From positions 17,104 to 81,103 of the forward strand of contig JACOUX010000012.1 of assembly GCA_016177615.1 (NCBI GenBank): DNA of 64,000 bases. The letters are read 5' to 3'. This document shows, piece by piece, positions 1 to 8,631 of the stretch; within the stretch, counting starts at the first letter, position 1, and each line of letters starts with the position of its first letter. Source of the stretch: Candidatus Woesearchaeota archaeon (lineage in GTDB: Archaea > Nanobdellota > Nanobdellia > Woesearchaeales > GW2011-AR4). Below the pieces are notes generated by a model, which saw only the letters and a list, made by a program, of their open reading frames with translations, did not search any database and was not told the origin of the DNA. The translations under genes and the position numbers were made by a program.

Positions 1-1
1 G

Positions 2-898
2 TCCGACAGGGGATTTGACATTTATTCAGTGGAGATAAAAGGCCAAGAGAGGAAAATATCGCCAAGCCTGGTGCCTGAAGCTGTTCATGTCAAAAGCGGG
101 CAGATAAACAGACTGTTCGGAGTAGATATCAAGGAAAATGAGATAAAACAGCTTCTGGAAAAGATGCAGTACAATTTCAAGGACTCTAAGATTGAAGTCC
201 CCCCTTACAGAAAGGACATCCTGCACCCGTGCGATATTATAGAAGATATAGGAATTGCCTACGGCTATGAGAACATCAAAGAAAATCAGCTTGCCACATA
301 CACGGTCGGCGCTGCGCTGAAGCTAAACGAATTTATTGACAAGATAAGGGAAATTATTGTTGGCATCGGATATCAGGAAATAATGAGTCCTGTCCTTACA
401 AGCAAGGAATCGCTTTATGGCAAAATGAACATTGAAGATGCAGGGACAATAGAGATAGATGACTATATGTCAGAAACTTATTCTGCTGTGAGAAGCTGGA
501 TTACGCCAAATCTTATGGAGGTCTTTTCAAAAAACAAGCATGTCGAGTTTCCGCAGAAAATATTCGAGGAAGGCATTGCCAGCACAAGAAAAGGAGAGCA
601 AATAAATGAGTTCAACAGGATCGCAATCGCAAGCTCCCATGAAGGCGCGAATTACACTGAAGTAAGGCAGGCCATGGATTACATGATGAAATGCCTAGGA
701 TTGCACTGCGATTACGAGGAAGCAGAGCACGGCTCTTTCATAGCAGGAAGGTGCGCAAGGGCAATTGCCAAAGGGAAGAAAGTTGCATATTTGGGGGATA
801 TTTCGCCAGAAGTCCTGGCAAGATGGAACCTTGAGATGCCTGTTGCTGCATTTGAATTGAATTTGACGGAGTTGTTTGAAATGATAGAGAAGAAATGA
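2..898 (+). CDS. pheT: Phenylalanine--tRNA ligase beta subunit, C-terminal part (5' end lies outside the window)
   Basis: The frame is open to the window edge upstream of the GTG at 29. The sequence RKDILHPCDIIEDIGIAYGYENI and the following catalytic-like core are typical of archaeal/eukaryal PheRS beta. Confidence 0.85.
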   Translation, partial: SDRGFDIYSVEIKGQERKISPSLVPEAVHVKSGQINRLFGVDIKENEIKQLLEKMQYNFKDSKIEVPPYRKDILHPCDIIEDIGIAYGYENIKENQLATYTVGAALKLNEFIDKIREIIVGIGYQEIMSPVLTSKESLYGKMNIEDAGTIEIDDYMSETYSAVRSWITPNLMEVFSKNKHVEFPQKIFEEGIASTRKGEQINEFNRIAIASSHEGANYTEVRQAMDYMMKCLGLHCDYEEAEHGSFIAGRCARAIAKGKKVAYLGDISPEVLARWNLEMPVAAFELNLTELFEMIEKK

Positions 899-1633
899 TC
901 AATAAATTACTTTCCTTCCCAATCCCCATAAAAATATAAAATATTTTCTGAACCCGTCGGTTATCTCTTTATTTGATATTAACGTGGCGATAGGCTCTTC
1001 TGCCCAAATTGCCACGGCAGATTTATTGCCGTAAATGAAGATTTGCGTTGGGGTTACGAAAGTTTTTGGAAGAATTTTAACATTTCCATACTTATAATTT
1101 TTATAATGCTCTTTTGGTGCGTTATAGTTAAGCAAAACTTTGATATTTATTTTCGCCTTATTTATTCTCCTGTCCCAGTTTGCCATATAATAAGGCATTC
1201 TCGCATAAGCTTTAGCTGTAGCAAACATCATGATAATCTCTTTTTTGGAATTGGCCATATCATCAAAAAATGTTTTCATACCGCCTAACCCTTCAAAAAC
1301 TTCTACTCTTTGTTTCAATTTTACTGAATTATATTTCAAGGTAAGTTCTGATAATATAGAGGATAGTAAGTTTTGTCTCTCCTTAATTATCAACATTATT
1401 TTATTTGGATGCGTTGCCGCCCAGTATTTTTTATTATTTGAGATAGTATAAGAAACTAAGCCGTATTGTAGTAATTGCTCTAGTGCATCATAAGTATTTC
1501 TTCTATGAATTTGAGCTTTTTCAGCAATCGCTCCAGCAAGTGCTTTTCCTATCTCCAATAGTGCTAAGTAAATTTTTGTTTCTGTTGCAGTTAAGCCTAG
1601 AGTTTGCAGGATTTTAATATGTTCTGGTTTCAT
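899..1633 (-). CDS. TrmB-family transcriptional regulator
   Basis: N-terminal winged HTH (LGLTATETKIYLALLEIGKALAGAIAEKAQIHRRNTYDALEQLLQYGLV) plus a TrmB-type C-terminal domain. Divergent from the ABC operon. Confidence 0.75.
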   Translation of the reverse strand: MKPEHIKILQTLGLTATETKIYLALLEIGKALAGAIAEKAQIHRRNTYDALEQLLQYGLVSYTISNNKKYWAATHPNKIMLIIKERQNLLSSILSELTLKYNSVKLKQRVEVFEGLGGMKTFFDDMANSKKEIIMMFATAKAYARMPYYMANWDRRINKAKINIKVLLNYNAPKEHYKNYKYGNVKILPKTFVTPTQIFIYGNKSAVAIWAEEPIATLISNKEITDGFRKYFIFLWGLGRKVIY

Positions 1634-1654
1634 ATTATATCGAAAGCTTAAAAG

Positions 1655-1662
1655 TTTATAAA
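1655..1662 (-). promoter_or_regulatory. TATA-like box for the TrmB gene (leaderless)
   Basis: TTTATAAA centred ~25 nt upstream of the ATG at 1633. Confidence 0.45.
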
Positions 1663-1695
1663 TTTATCTAAAATGGTTGCTTTTACTACCACTTA

Positions 1696-1703
1696 ATTAT
1701 AAA
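1696..1703 (+). promoter_or_regulatory. TATA-like box for the ABC transporter operon
   Basis: ATTATAAA centred ~22-28 nt upstream of the ATGs at 1722 and 1728. Confidence 0.4.
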
Positions 1704-1721
1704 TAGCAGTTTTGACGCCTA

Positions 1722-2495
1722 ATGGTTATGATTAACAAAAAAACTATTATATTGAAGGTACTGAGTGTGCTATTCGTTGTCATAATTTGGCAGATATTAA
1801 GTTCTAGTCAGATTATTAATGCTCATTTTATTCCACCACCTTTAGAGATTGCCAAGTCTTTTATTTTGACTATACAAAGTACAGAAATCTTTAAGGATAT
1901 ATATGTTAGTATAAGTAGAGTTTTTGTAGGATTTTTAATGGGTGCTGTGATAGGTTTAATTTTTGGAGTAATTACTTCCTATTCTGCTGTTTTAAGGTAT
2001 TTGCTTTCAATCTGGATAGAATTTATTAGGCCTATTCCTCCGCTTGCTTGGATACCTTTAGCAATTCTCTGGTTTGGTCTTGGCAATAAATCTGCTATTT
2101 TCTTAGTTGCGCTTGGATCATTTTTTCCAGTATATTCCAATACATTTGAGGGAGTTATTGCCCTGCCAAAAAAATTTGTTGATACGGCAAAAACTTTAGG
2201 AGCTGATTCAAAACTAATTTTTTTGGAGGTTGTAATACCTGCAATTTTGCCTTATATTATAACGGGCCTCAAGATAGGTTTAGGAGTTTCGTGGATGATT
2301 GTAGTAACTGCTGAACTTGTTGGTACAACTTCCGGATTGGGGTATTTTATTCAATTAAATAGAATACTTTTGCAAGTTGATAAGGTAATTGTAGGGATGA
2401 TAGTAATAGGATTAATAGGATTGGTCATGAATTATTTTATTAGTCTTTTAGAAAAATACTTCTCACATTGGAAAATAATTAACACGGATTTATAA
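1722..2495 (+). CDS. ABC transporter permease, NitT/TauT (SsuC/TauC-like) family
   Basis: About 6 TM helices with a BPD-transport type loop (TAKTLGADSKLIFLEVVIPAILPYIITG). First gene of a 3-gene operon. Confidence 0.8.
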   Translation: MVMINKKTIILKVLSVLFVVIIWQILSSSQIINAHFIPPPLEIAKSFILTIQSTEIFKDIYVSISRVFVGFLMGAVIGLIFGVITSYSAVLRYLLSIWIEFIRPIPPLAWIPLAILWFGLGNKSAIFLVALGSFFPVYSNTFEGVIALPKKFVDTAKTLGADSKLIFLEVVIPAILPYIITGLKIGLGVSWMIVVTAELVGTTSGLGYFIQLNRILLQVDKVIVGMIVIGLIGLVMNYFISLLEKYFSHWKIINTDL

Positions 2496-2496
2496 G

Positions 2497-3258
2497 ATGA
2501 CAAAGACACTTGAAATTTCAAATATATCAAAATCGTTCTTATCTAATTATAGGAGAAAGAATGTTTTGAACAAAGTAAGTTTTTCTGTAAATTACGGAGA
2601 GATTGTAGCTATACTTGGTCCAAATGGTTGTGGAAAAACAACACTGCTAAATATAATTGCAGGAATTCTAAAGCCTGATGATGGGAGCGTTATATTCAAT
2701 AACGAAGAAATTATTCATCCTAGCTGGCAAAGGACTATGATTTTTCAGGAATTGAATTTATTTCCATGGAAAACTTCATTGGAGAATATAGTGTTTGGCT
2801 TAAGGGCAAAAGGATTGCCTAAAAAAGAAGCAATTTTCTTAGCTAAGAGCCAGTTAAAATTACTTGGGATTGAAAATTTCTCAAATTACTACCCTAATCA
2901 ATTATCTGTTGGCACAAAACAAAAAGTTGCAATTGCAAGAGCTTTGGCATTAGAGCCAGATATTCTATTATTAGACGAGCCATTTAGCTCGTTAGATATG
3001 CAATCTCGAGAGTTGTTTCAAGAAGACTTGATAAATATTGCTAAGCAAAGAAAACAAACAATGCTGATAGTAACTCATAGCATTGATGAAGCTTTATTCA
3101 TGTCCGATAGAATCATAATATTAAATGGCAGCCCAGCAAAAGTAAATGCAGTAATTAACTTAGCTGCATCACCAAATCGCACGCCTAGATACAGAAACAC
3201 CCAGCAATTTTCAAAATTAAAAAATGAAATTTGGGAGATTTTAAGGAGTAAAGATTGA
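2497..3258 (+). CDS. ABC transporter ATP-binding protein (SsuB/TauB-like)
   Basis: Walker A GPNGCGKTT, signature LSVGTKQKVAIARAL, Walker B LLLDEPFSSLD and the H-loop in VTHSIDEA. Confidence 0.9.
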   Translation: MTKTLEISNISKSFLSNYRRKNVLNKVSFSVNYGEIVAILGPNGCGKTTLLNIIAGILKPDDGSVIFNNEEIIHPSWQRTMIFQELNLFPWKTSLENIVFGLRAKGLPKKEAIFLAKSQLKLLGIENFSNYYPNQLSVGTKQKVAIARALALEPDILLLDEPFSSLDMQSRELFQEDLINIAKQRKQTMLIVTHSIDEALFMSDRIIILNGSPAKVNAVINLAASPNRTPRYRNTQQFSKLKNEIWEILRSKD

Positions 3259-3260
3259 AA

Positions 3261-4241
3261 ATGACAAACAAAAAAATTTATGTAATTATCCTAATAATAT
3301 TTTTTGTAGTGATTTCTTGGATTTTATTTAAATCAAATACTAGTACACCAAAAAAAGATATAATTCATATTGGTTGGCAACCGCCTTGGGTTAATCAAGG
3401 TCAAATAGCAGCTGTATTACAAAATACCAATATTCTAGCAAAAAACAACATAACTGCAGATTTCATAGGATTTTCGTTTGGGCCTCCTATGACAGAAGCG
3501 GCATTATCTGGCAGATTGGATATTTTATTTGCTGGTGACCAGCCTGCTTTTAATTTAATTTTGAAAGATTCTTCATGGAAGATTATAGCGCCCCTTACTC
3601 ATTATCGCTCTGGTATTTTAGTTCCACTAAACTCTAAGATTAAGGGCGTTAAAGACTTAAAGGGCAAAACTATTGCAACGGGAATTGGTTCTACAACATA
3701 TCGTGATACATTGCAATTGCTTGAAAAAAATGGCCTAAGCCAAAGCGATGTAAAAATAGTGAACCTCGATGTTGGAGAGCATTTGGCTTTTTTAGAAAGA
3801 GGTACAAAATCATGGCAGGATATAGATGCATTAGCTACTTATGATCCTACATTAACGTTAGCTGAACATAAAGGTATTGTTAGATTACTTATAGATTATA
3901 GAAGTTTAGGTGTGGTTATAATAAATCAAAAATTTTACGAAAAACATCCAGAGACTGTTAAAAGATTTCTCAAAGCGCTTGTTGAAGCATTTAACTATTA
4001 TTCTGCTAATAAGATTCAAGCAAACAAATGGTATTCAAAAGCAGCGCGTTATACAATTCCAGAAGAATTATTTGATAAAATGGGTGGTGTTGAGCCCAGA
4101 TTAGAGAGGTATAATAGCACAAGCATGGATTTTGATAAGGCAACTTTGAGAGAACTTGAAAGTCATTTAGATACGGCAATCAAGCTTAAGTTAATAAAAG
4201 ATAAAAAAATTGAGGATATATTAATAAAGATTGATGATTAG
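3261..4241 (+). CDS. ABC substrate-binding protein, NMT1/THI5-SsuA-like, membrane anchored
   Basis: N-terminal TM anchor followed by a periplasmic-binding fold typical of the NitT/TauT family. ATG at 3261 lies just after the ATPase stop; the track start 3255 is a TTG. Confidence 0.7.
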   Translation: MTNKKIYVIILIIFFVVISWILFKSNTSTPKKDIIHIGWQPPWVNQGQIAAVLQNTNILAKNNITADFIGFSFGPPMTEAALSGRLDILFAGDQPAFNLILKDSSWKIIAPLTHYRSGILVPLNSKIKGVKDLKGKTIATGIGSTTYRDTLQLLEKNGLSQSDVKIVNLDVGEHLAFLERGTKSWQDIDALATYDPTLTLAEHKGIVRLLIDYRSLGVVIINQKFYEKHPETVKRFLKALVEAFNYYSANKIQANKWYSKAARYTIPEELFDKMGGVEPRLERYNSTSMDFDKATLRELESHLDTAIKLKLIKDKKIEDILIKIDD

Positions 4242-4394
4242 ATATATAATAATTTCAACTTTGCCAATCATTCTAGTTTATTGGTTTCTCTGGACAAGAT
4301 ACATAAAATCCAAACACTTTAAAAAAGATATAAAAAATAAAAACCCCAATCGCAGCAAGCTGTGGAGTTTTAGACTCAATTTAAACAATAAAAA

Positions 4395-4925
4395 TTACTC
4401 CTTCTCCCCAACAGCTTTCTTTGCTTTAGGCTTTTCCTCTTTCTTTTCAGCAGGCTTTGCTTTTTTTTCTTTGATCTCTGCTTCACTCGGATTAATTTCT
4501 TCCTTCTTCTCTTCCATTAGACCAGCCTTAGCTTCAAGTGTACTTTCTTTTTTCTCTCCTATTTTTTCTTCCTTTTTCTTCGGCCTGAATATATCCCTTA
4601 ATTTTCTTTTCTCCTCTTTCTGCACTCTTAACTGCTCAGGAGTCTTTCTTTTGGGCTTGGGCCTTTCTGTCTTCTGCTTCGGCTTTGTCTGCCTTGTCTC
4701 AATTCCAAGCTCTTTAAGGGCATTTGCAACATCTCCGTGAGAAGCGTTCTTTTCTATTTTTATTACCTGATTCAAAGGCTCAATGTGAAAAACGTTGACT
4801 TTCCTTCTTCTTGTTTGTCCGTCAAGCACGACAAACTTGTCATCAAGAACATCTATTATAACTGCTTTTTTTCCTGCATCGCGCCCTGCAATCTTTATGC
4901 ATAATCTCCCTATTTCTATTGTCAT
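4395..4925 (-). CDS. rpl14e: Ribosomal protein L14e (eL14) with a long Lys/Glu-rich C-terminal extension
   Basis: KOW-like N-terminus (IEIGRLCIKIAGRDAGKKAVIIDVLDDKFVVLDG...RRRKVNVFHIEP). The last ~90-100 aa are a K/E/P-rich low-complexity tail. Confidence 0.85.
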   Translation of the reverse strand: MTIEIGRLCIKIAGRDAGKKAVIIDVLDDKFVVLDGQTRRRKVNVFHIEPLNQVIKIEKNASHGDVANALKELGIETRQTKPKQKTERPKPKRKTPEQLRVQKEEKRKLRDIFRPKKKEEKIGEKKESTLEAKAGLMEEKKEEINPSEAEIKEKKAKPAEKKEEKPKAKKAVGEKE

Positions 4926-4994
4926 TTTTCCTCCTCACTTATAATAAGGGTGGTGTCGCCATCCACTCAAGTGAATAAAAATATTTTAAAATTT

Positions 4995-5261
4995 TTATTG
5001 CCTTATCTTATTTACAATTTCTTGTCTCATACATCTGCTACACAATACCCCTCCATAAGGCCTTTCCGGCCTTCTCTTGGTCTTTGGAAGTGATTTCATT
5101 TGAAACGGAAGCGCTCTTGGAGCGCCGTGCAAAACATTACCGCAACTGCCGCATCTTGCTGCCTTGTGCTTCCTTCTTTTATACTGAAGGCTAACCCTGT
5201 TTCCAGGGACTTTCCTGAACACTTTCCTCAGGCTCCTTGACCTCAATCTTGGCGCTGGCAT
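4995..5261 (-). CDS. rpl34e: Ribosomal protein L34e (eL34)
   Basis: RLRSRSLRKVFRKVPGNRVSLQYKRRK...CGSCG...CSRC zinc-ribbon pattern typical of eL34. Confidence 0.9.
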   Translation of the reverse strand: MPAPRLRSRSLRKVFRKVPGNRVSLQYKRRKHKAARCGSCGNVLHGAPRALPFQMKSLPKTKRRPERPYGGVLCSRCMRQEIVNKIRQ

Positions 5262-5284
5262 AATCCATTTGGAATAAAACCCAA

Positions 5285-5292
5285 TTTATAAA
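5285..5292 (-). promoter_or_regulatory. TATA box for rpl34e-rpl14e (leaderless)
   Basis: TTTATAAA centred ~27 nt upstream of the ATG at 5261. Part of a 15-mer also found at 20824-20838. Confidence 0.5.
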
Positions 5293-5364
5293 GGTTAGCA
5301 TAGACAAATCTAATTCTGATTTCGACATCTTTAAATACCCGTTCTTTCAATCAACCAAAGAATT

Positions 5365-5853
5365 ATGCACAGCATTTTGTATTCAAAAAATGGTGTATCT
5401 CCTCTTATAGCCACTATCCTGCTTATTTCTTTTGCCGTCGCCTTGGGCTCTGTGGTGATGAACTGGGGACTTAACCTGAACTTGGGAAAGGAAGACTCAT
5501 GCACTGGAGTTGAGATCAAAATAAGAAGCCTTGGAGCTGATGAAGCATGCTATGGGGGCTTTGGCGCAAATGGATATGTTAACTTCATTCTGGACAATAC
5601 GGGAAGCACCGATATAACTGGCCTGGCGATATGGGTCATAGGGGAAAAAGGCACAAGGCTGTTTGACCTGGATAAGTTAATAATCAAAAAGGGCTCGCTC
5701 TTTGAAAAAGACGACAAGGAAGTCTCTTATGACTTCAACACGTACGGGAGCGTCAAGCAGGTCCAGTTCATACCAAAAATCGCGGCAAAAGATTCAACAG
5801 ACATCTGCCCAAAAAATGCCGTCAAGGCTGAAAAGATTGGAATATGTGCTTAG
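5365..5853 (+). CDS. Archaeal type IV pilin-like protein (class III signal peptide)
   Basis: N-terminus KNG/VSPLIATILLISFAVALGSVV matches the prepilin-peptidase (PibD/FlaK-type) site plus a hydrophobic helix. The remainder looks beta-rich. Confidence 0.7.
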   Translation: MHSILYSKNGVSPLIATILLISFAVALGSVVMNWGLNLNLGKEDSCTGVEIKIRSLGADEACYGGFGANGYVNFILDNTGSTDITGLAIWVIGEKGTRLFDLDKLIIKKGSLFEKDDKEVSYDFNTYGSVKQVQFIPKIAAKDSTDICPKNAVKAEKIGICA

Positions 5854-5882
5854 TAATTTACAGCTTTCTGCAGTCTGAGCAA

Positions 5883-6656
5883 CTAATATATCTTAAATGC
5901 CTTCCTCAATGCCATTGTGAATATCAAAGATGACAATATATATGTTCCAAGCCACCCAAGCCAGTCCCTGATTCCTACAGGTATAAGTATCCTTTTCTTG
6001 TATTCAACCCCTATTGATTTGATGTTTCCATCAAACTCGCTCGGCTGCGTATACTTATTTTCATTTGTTATCAACACTATGTGCTGCTGGGCCTCGTCCT
6101 TATAAGAAACTTCTATTGTGTGCCCTCCTTCATTTCCTTTCAATATCCATTTTGCCGATTTTGGGTAGGATTTTTTATTTATGACTGCAGGGACTATGCT
6201 TGCATTTTTATCCCCGATAACCTGCAGCTCATCAGGCACTTCAATCTGCGCATTTCCGCTAACACTGTCATCAAATGCAGCATAGACGCTGAACTCCTGC
6301 TGCGGCCTGATGTTCTCGTAGGCAAATACAGAGCCCATCCATGTAAAAATAATTATGATTGGTATAAATGTTATAAGAGTTGGCTTAAGTGAGTGTTTGA
6401 ACTGCTCCATAGTCATCTCCATCTGCTTTTTCTGCAGCTCCACCATCTTCTGCGGATTGTTTTTTGATTCTTTTAGCTGGCTCTGAAGCTGCTTAGTATC
6501 CTCTTTAAGCTTTTTCATAAGCTCCTGGTTAGTCAAATATTTTGTTGCCACGGTTATAATAATGGAAACAATAAAAGAGATAATTATTACTGCCCATACA
6601 GGAGGAAGCTTCAGCAATGGAGCAAATACAATGTTTAAAAAATCGTAGTATGCCAT
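5883..6656 (-). CDS. DUF106 / EMC3-TMCO1-like membrane protein (archaeal YidC/Oxa1-like insertase) with an inserted domain
   Basis: TM1, then a cytoplasmic coiled coil (KKLKEDTKQLQSQLKE...QKKQMEMTMEQFK), TM2, and a C-terminal DWLGWLGTYILSSLIFTMALRK. Occupies the conserved position next to secY. Carries an extra ~115-aa segment between TM2 and TM3. Confidence 0.7.
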   Translation of the reverse strand: MAYYDFLNIVFAPLLKLPPVWAVIIISFIVSIIITVATKYLTNQELMKKLKEDTKQLQSQLKESKNNPQKMVELQKKQMEMTMEQFKHSLKPTLITFIPIIIIFTWMGSVFAYENIRPQQEFSVYAAFDDSVSGNAQIEVPDELQVIGDKNASIVPAVINKKSYPKSAKWILKGNEGGHTIEVSYKDEAQQHIVLITNENKYTQPSEFDGNIKSIGVEYKKRILIPVGIRDWLGWLGTYILSSLIFTMALRKAFKIY

Positions 6657-6702
6657 CTGTTCACCAGTTTTTTTTGAAAAAAGAGTGGTTAATCTCCTTC
6701 AT

Positions 6703-8118
6703 TTAGCCACCCATAAACTTTCTCAGCATCGGATTCATGTCCATCATGTGCTGCTTTGCAATATCTTCATACAGCCTGTAGACTATCATAACAGTAAGCA
6801 GCAGCCCTGTTCCACTCGTCAATGCCCCTGTCAAGTCAGCCAGTGCAGCCAAAAATCCGATTGCGATTCCGCCCATGATGGTCAGCGGCCATATATATCT
6901 TGTCAAAAGCCTTTCGAGAACCCTTTCATCCTTCCTGAAGCCGGGAATCTGCAGCCCGCTTGAGATCATCTGCTGCGCCTGGCTCTTTGCGTCCATCCCA
7001 GATGTCTGCACCCAGAAAATGCTGAATACCACGCTTCCTATCACGAAGAAGAGCATGAAAACAAGGGCCTGCAAATAAGGGGCTCCTCCTATAAACAAAG
7101 TGTGCTGCTGGATAATGCTTTGCATCAAATTAGGTCCCTGTAGCCAATAGACAAATCCGGAAATAGGCTGGCCGGTTGACGAGCTGAAAACTCCAAAGAG
7201 CGGATAGCCTGCATTCTGCAGCAAGCGCCCCCAAAGCTGGAAATTTGCTATCAGGGCAGCAACAAGTATTACAGGTATGTTTGAAGTGTACATGAATGAT
7301 AAAGGCCATCTTATGCCATGACCCCTTATCATGCCAAATGACAATGGAATTTCAACCTTCATTGACTGGGCATAAACAGCGATAACAAATACAAGAATTG
7401 TTGAGAGTATGGCAGATATCATTATTAGCGCAGTTGTAACGTCCCCATTCACAAGGCTCTGGAAGAATGCGGGAATTGCTCCAGGAGGATAGCTGGTGCC
7501 CTGCGGCACAATCCAGTTGAAAGCCCTCAAAAAAAGGCTCTTGCTTACATTGGCAGCGATAAAAAGGCTTATCCCAGAGCCAAAGCCCCACTTGCTTACC
7601 ACTTCGTCCATAAATAATACAAGCAGCCCGCCAAGGAAGAGCTGGAAAATCAGCACCAGCTCCAGGGGAAAAAATGCCGGATGCGCCCTTGTGACAACTC
7701 CCCCAAAGCCATCAGGGCTCAAGCCTCCAAGAAAAACGTAAATCGATGCCTCAAAAAGTATGAAGAACAGCGAAAGAAATTTTTGTGTGCCCTGGAACGA
7801 TTTTTTCCCTTCAGGAGTCTGCAGGTTAAATTTCCAGATTCCTGAGCCATTAAGAAGCTGCAGGACTATGGAAGCGGTGACTATCGGGCCTATGCCAAGC
7901 GAAATTATTGAGCCGAATTCCGCTCCCAAGATTATTGACAATGTCTCGAAGCGCTGCAAGGCATTGGTTCCTAGACCGAACAACGGCATGATGCCAAGAA
8001 CGAAAAATATCACCAGTATTATAGCCGTCCACTTGAGCTTCTCGCGAAAAGAAAGGGACTTTTGAGTAGGCCCTTCAACCTCAGGGAGATTGGAGATTAT
8101 TGTTTGCCAGAGAGACAT
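6703..8118 (-). CDS. secY: Preprotein translocase subunit SecY
   Basis: 10-TM SecY/Sec61alpha pattern. Conserved position downstream of L15. Confidence 0.95.
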   Translation of the reverse strand: MSLWQTIISNLPEVEGPTQKSLSFREKLKWTAIILVIFFVLGIMPLFGLGTNALQRFETLSIILGAEFGSIISLGIGPIVTASIVLQLLNGSGIWKFNLQTPEGKKSFQGTQKFLSLFFILFEASIYVFLGGLSPDGFGGVVTRAHPAFFPLELVLIFQLFLGGLLVLFMDEVVSKWGFGSGISLFIAANVSKSLFLRAFNWIVPQGTSYPPGAIPAFFQSLVNGDVTTALIMISAILSTILVFVIAVYAQSMKVEIPLSFGMIRGHGIRWPLSFMYTSNIPVILVAALIANFQLWGRLLQNAGYPLFGVFSSSTGQPISGFVYWLQGPNLMQSIIQQHTLFIGGAPYLQALVFMLFFVIGSVVFSIFWVQTSGMDAKSQAQQMISSGLQIPGFRKDERVLERLLTRYIWPLTIMGGIAIGFLAALADLTGALTSGTGLLLTVMIVYRLYEDIAKQHMMDMNPMLRKFMGG

Positions 8119-8138
8119 TTTTTTGGTTAATTTGTTAT

Positions 8139-8606
8139 TTAATTCTCTTTTTCTTTAAGCTTGGCAAGCCCTGTGACATCCCCGCCTGCCTCCTTGACCT
8201 TCTGAACTGCAGCTTTTGAAGCATATGGCACTTTTATCCTGAATTTCGCTGAAACTCTTCCATCGCCAAGAAGCTTGTTGTACCCAAGCTTTTCCAGCTC
8301 GACAGAATAAACCTCATTTTCTTTTTTTATTAAATTTTCTAAAAGAAACTTATTCAAATGCTGCTCAAGGTAGCTTATATTTACGGGATTTATTTTCACT
8401 TTCGGAGTCTTGCTCACAAATCCGTGCTTCCCGAAATAATTTTTGTCTTTCCATATGCTTGGCTTCTTAGAGTCAGCTCTTTTTCCGCTGCCGGCCATTC
8501 CTGCCCCTCCTTGATGGCCCTTTCCCCTGTGCTTCTTCTTCGAGCCCCAGCCATGGGTGCTATGCCCGCGCTGCCTTGTGTTTTTCTTGCGCTTGTTGAA
8601 TGTCAT
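8139..8606 (-). CDS. rpl15: Ribosomal protein L15 (uL15)
   Basis: Gly/basic-rich N-terminus (RGHSTHGWGSKKKHRGKGHQGGAGMAG). Sits between L30 and SecY. Confidence 0.92.
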   Translation of the reverse strand: MTFNKRKKNTRQRGHSTHGWGSKKKHRGKGHQGGAGMAGSGKRADSKKPSIWKDKNYFGKHGFVSKTPKVKINPVNISYLEQHLNKFLLENLIKKENEVYSVELEKLGYNKLLGDGRVSAKFRIKVPYASKAAVQKVKEAGGDVTGLAKLKEKEN

Positions 8607-8607
8607 T
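8579..8607 (-). repeat. Direct repeat copy 2 (rpl15 start codon plus first 9 codons)
   Basis: tgtttttcttgcgcttgttgaatgtcat(t) is identical to 8943-8971. Confidence 0.9.
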
Positions 8608-8631
8608 TTATTTACAGTTTAATCTTTTTCT

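Noticed and set aside
4231-4740. 169-aa plus-strand ORF running antisense through the L14e tail.
   Set aside because: It is a low-complexity S/F/L translation produced by the K/E-rich tail on the other strand. Only its first ~45 codons lie in intergenic DNA, and it has no stop there.
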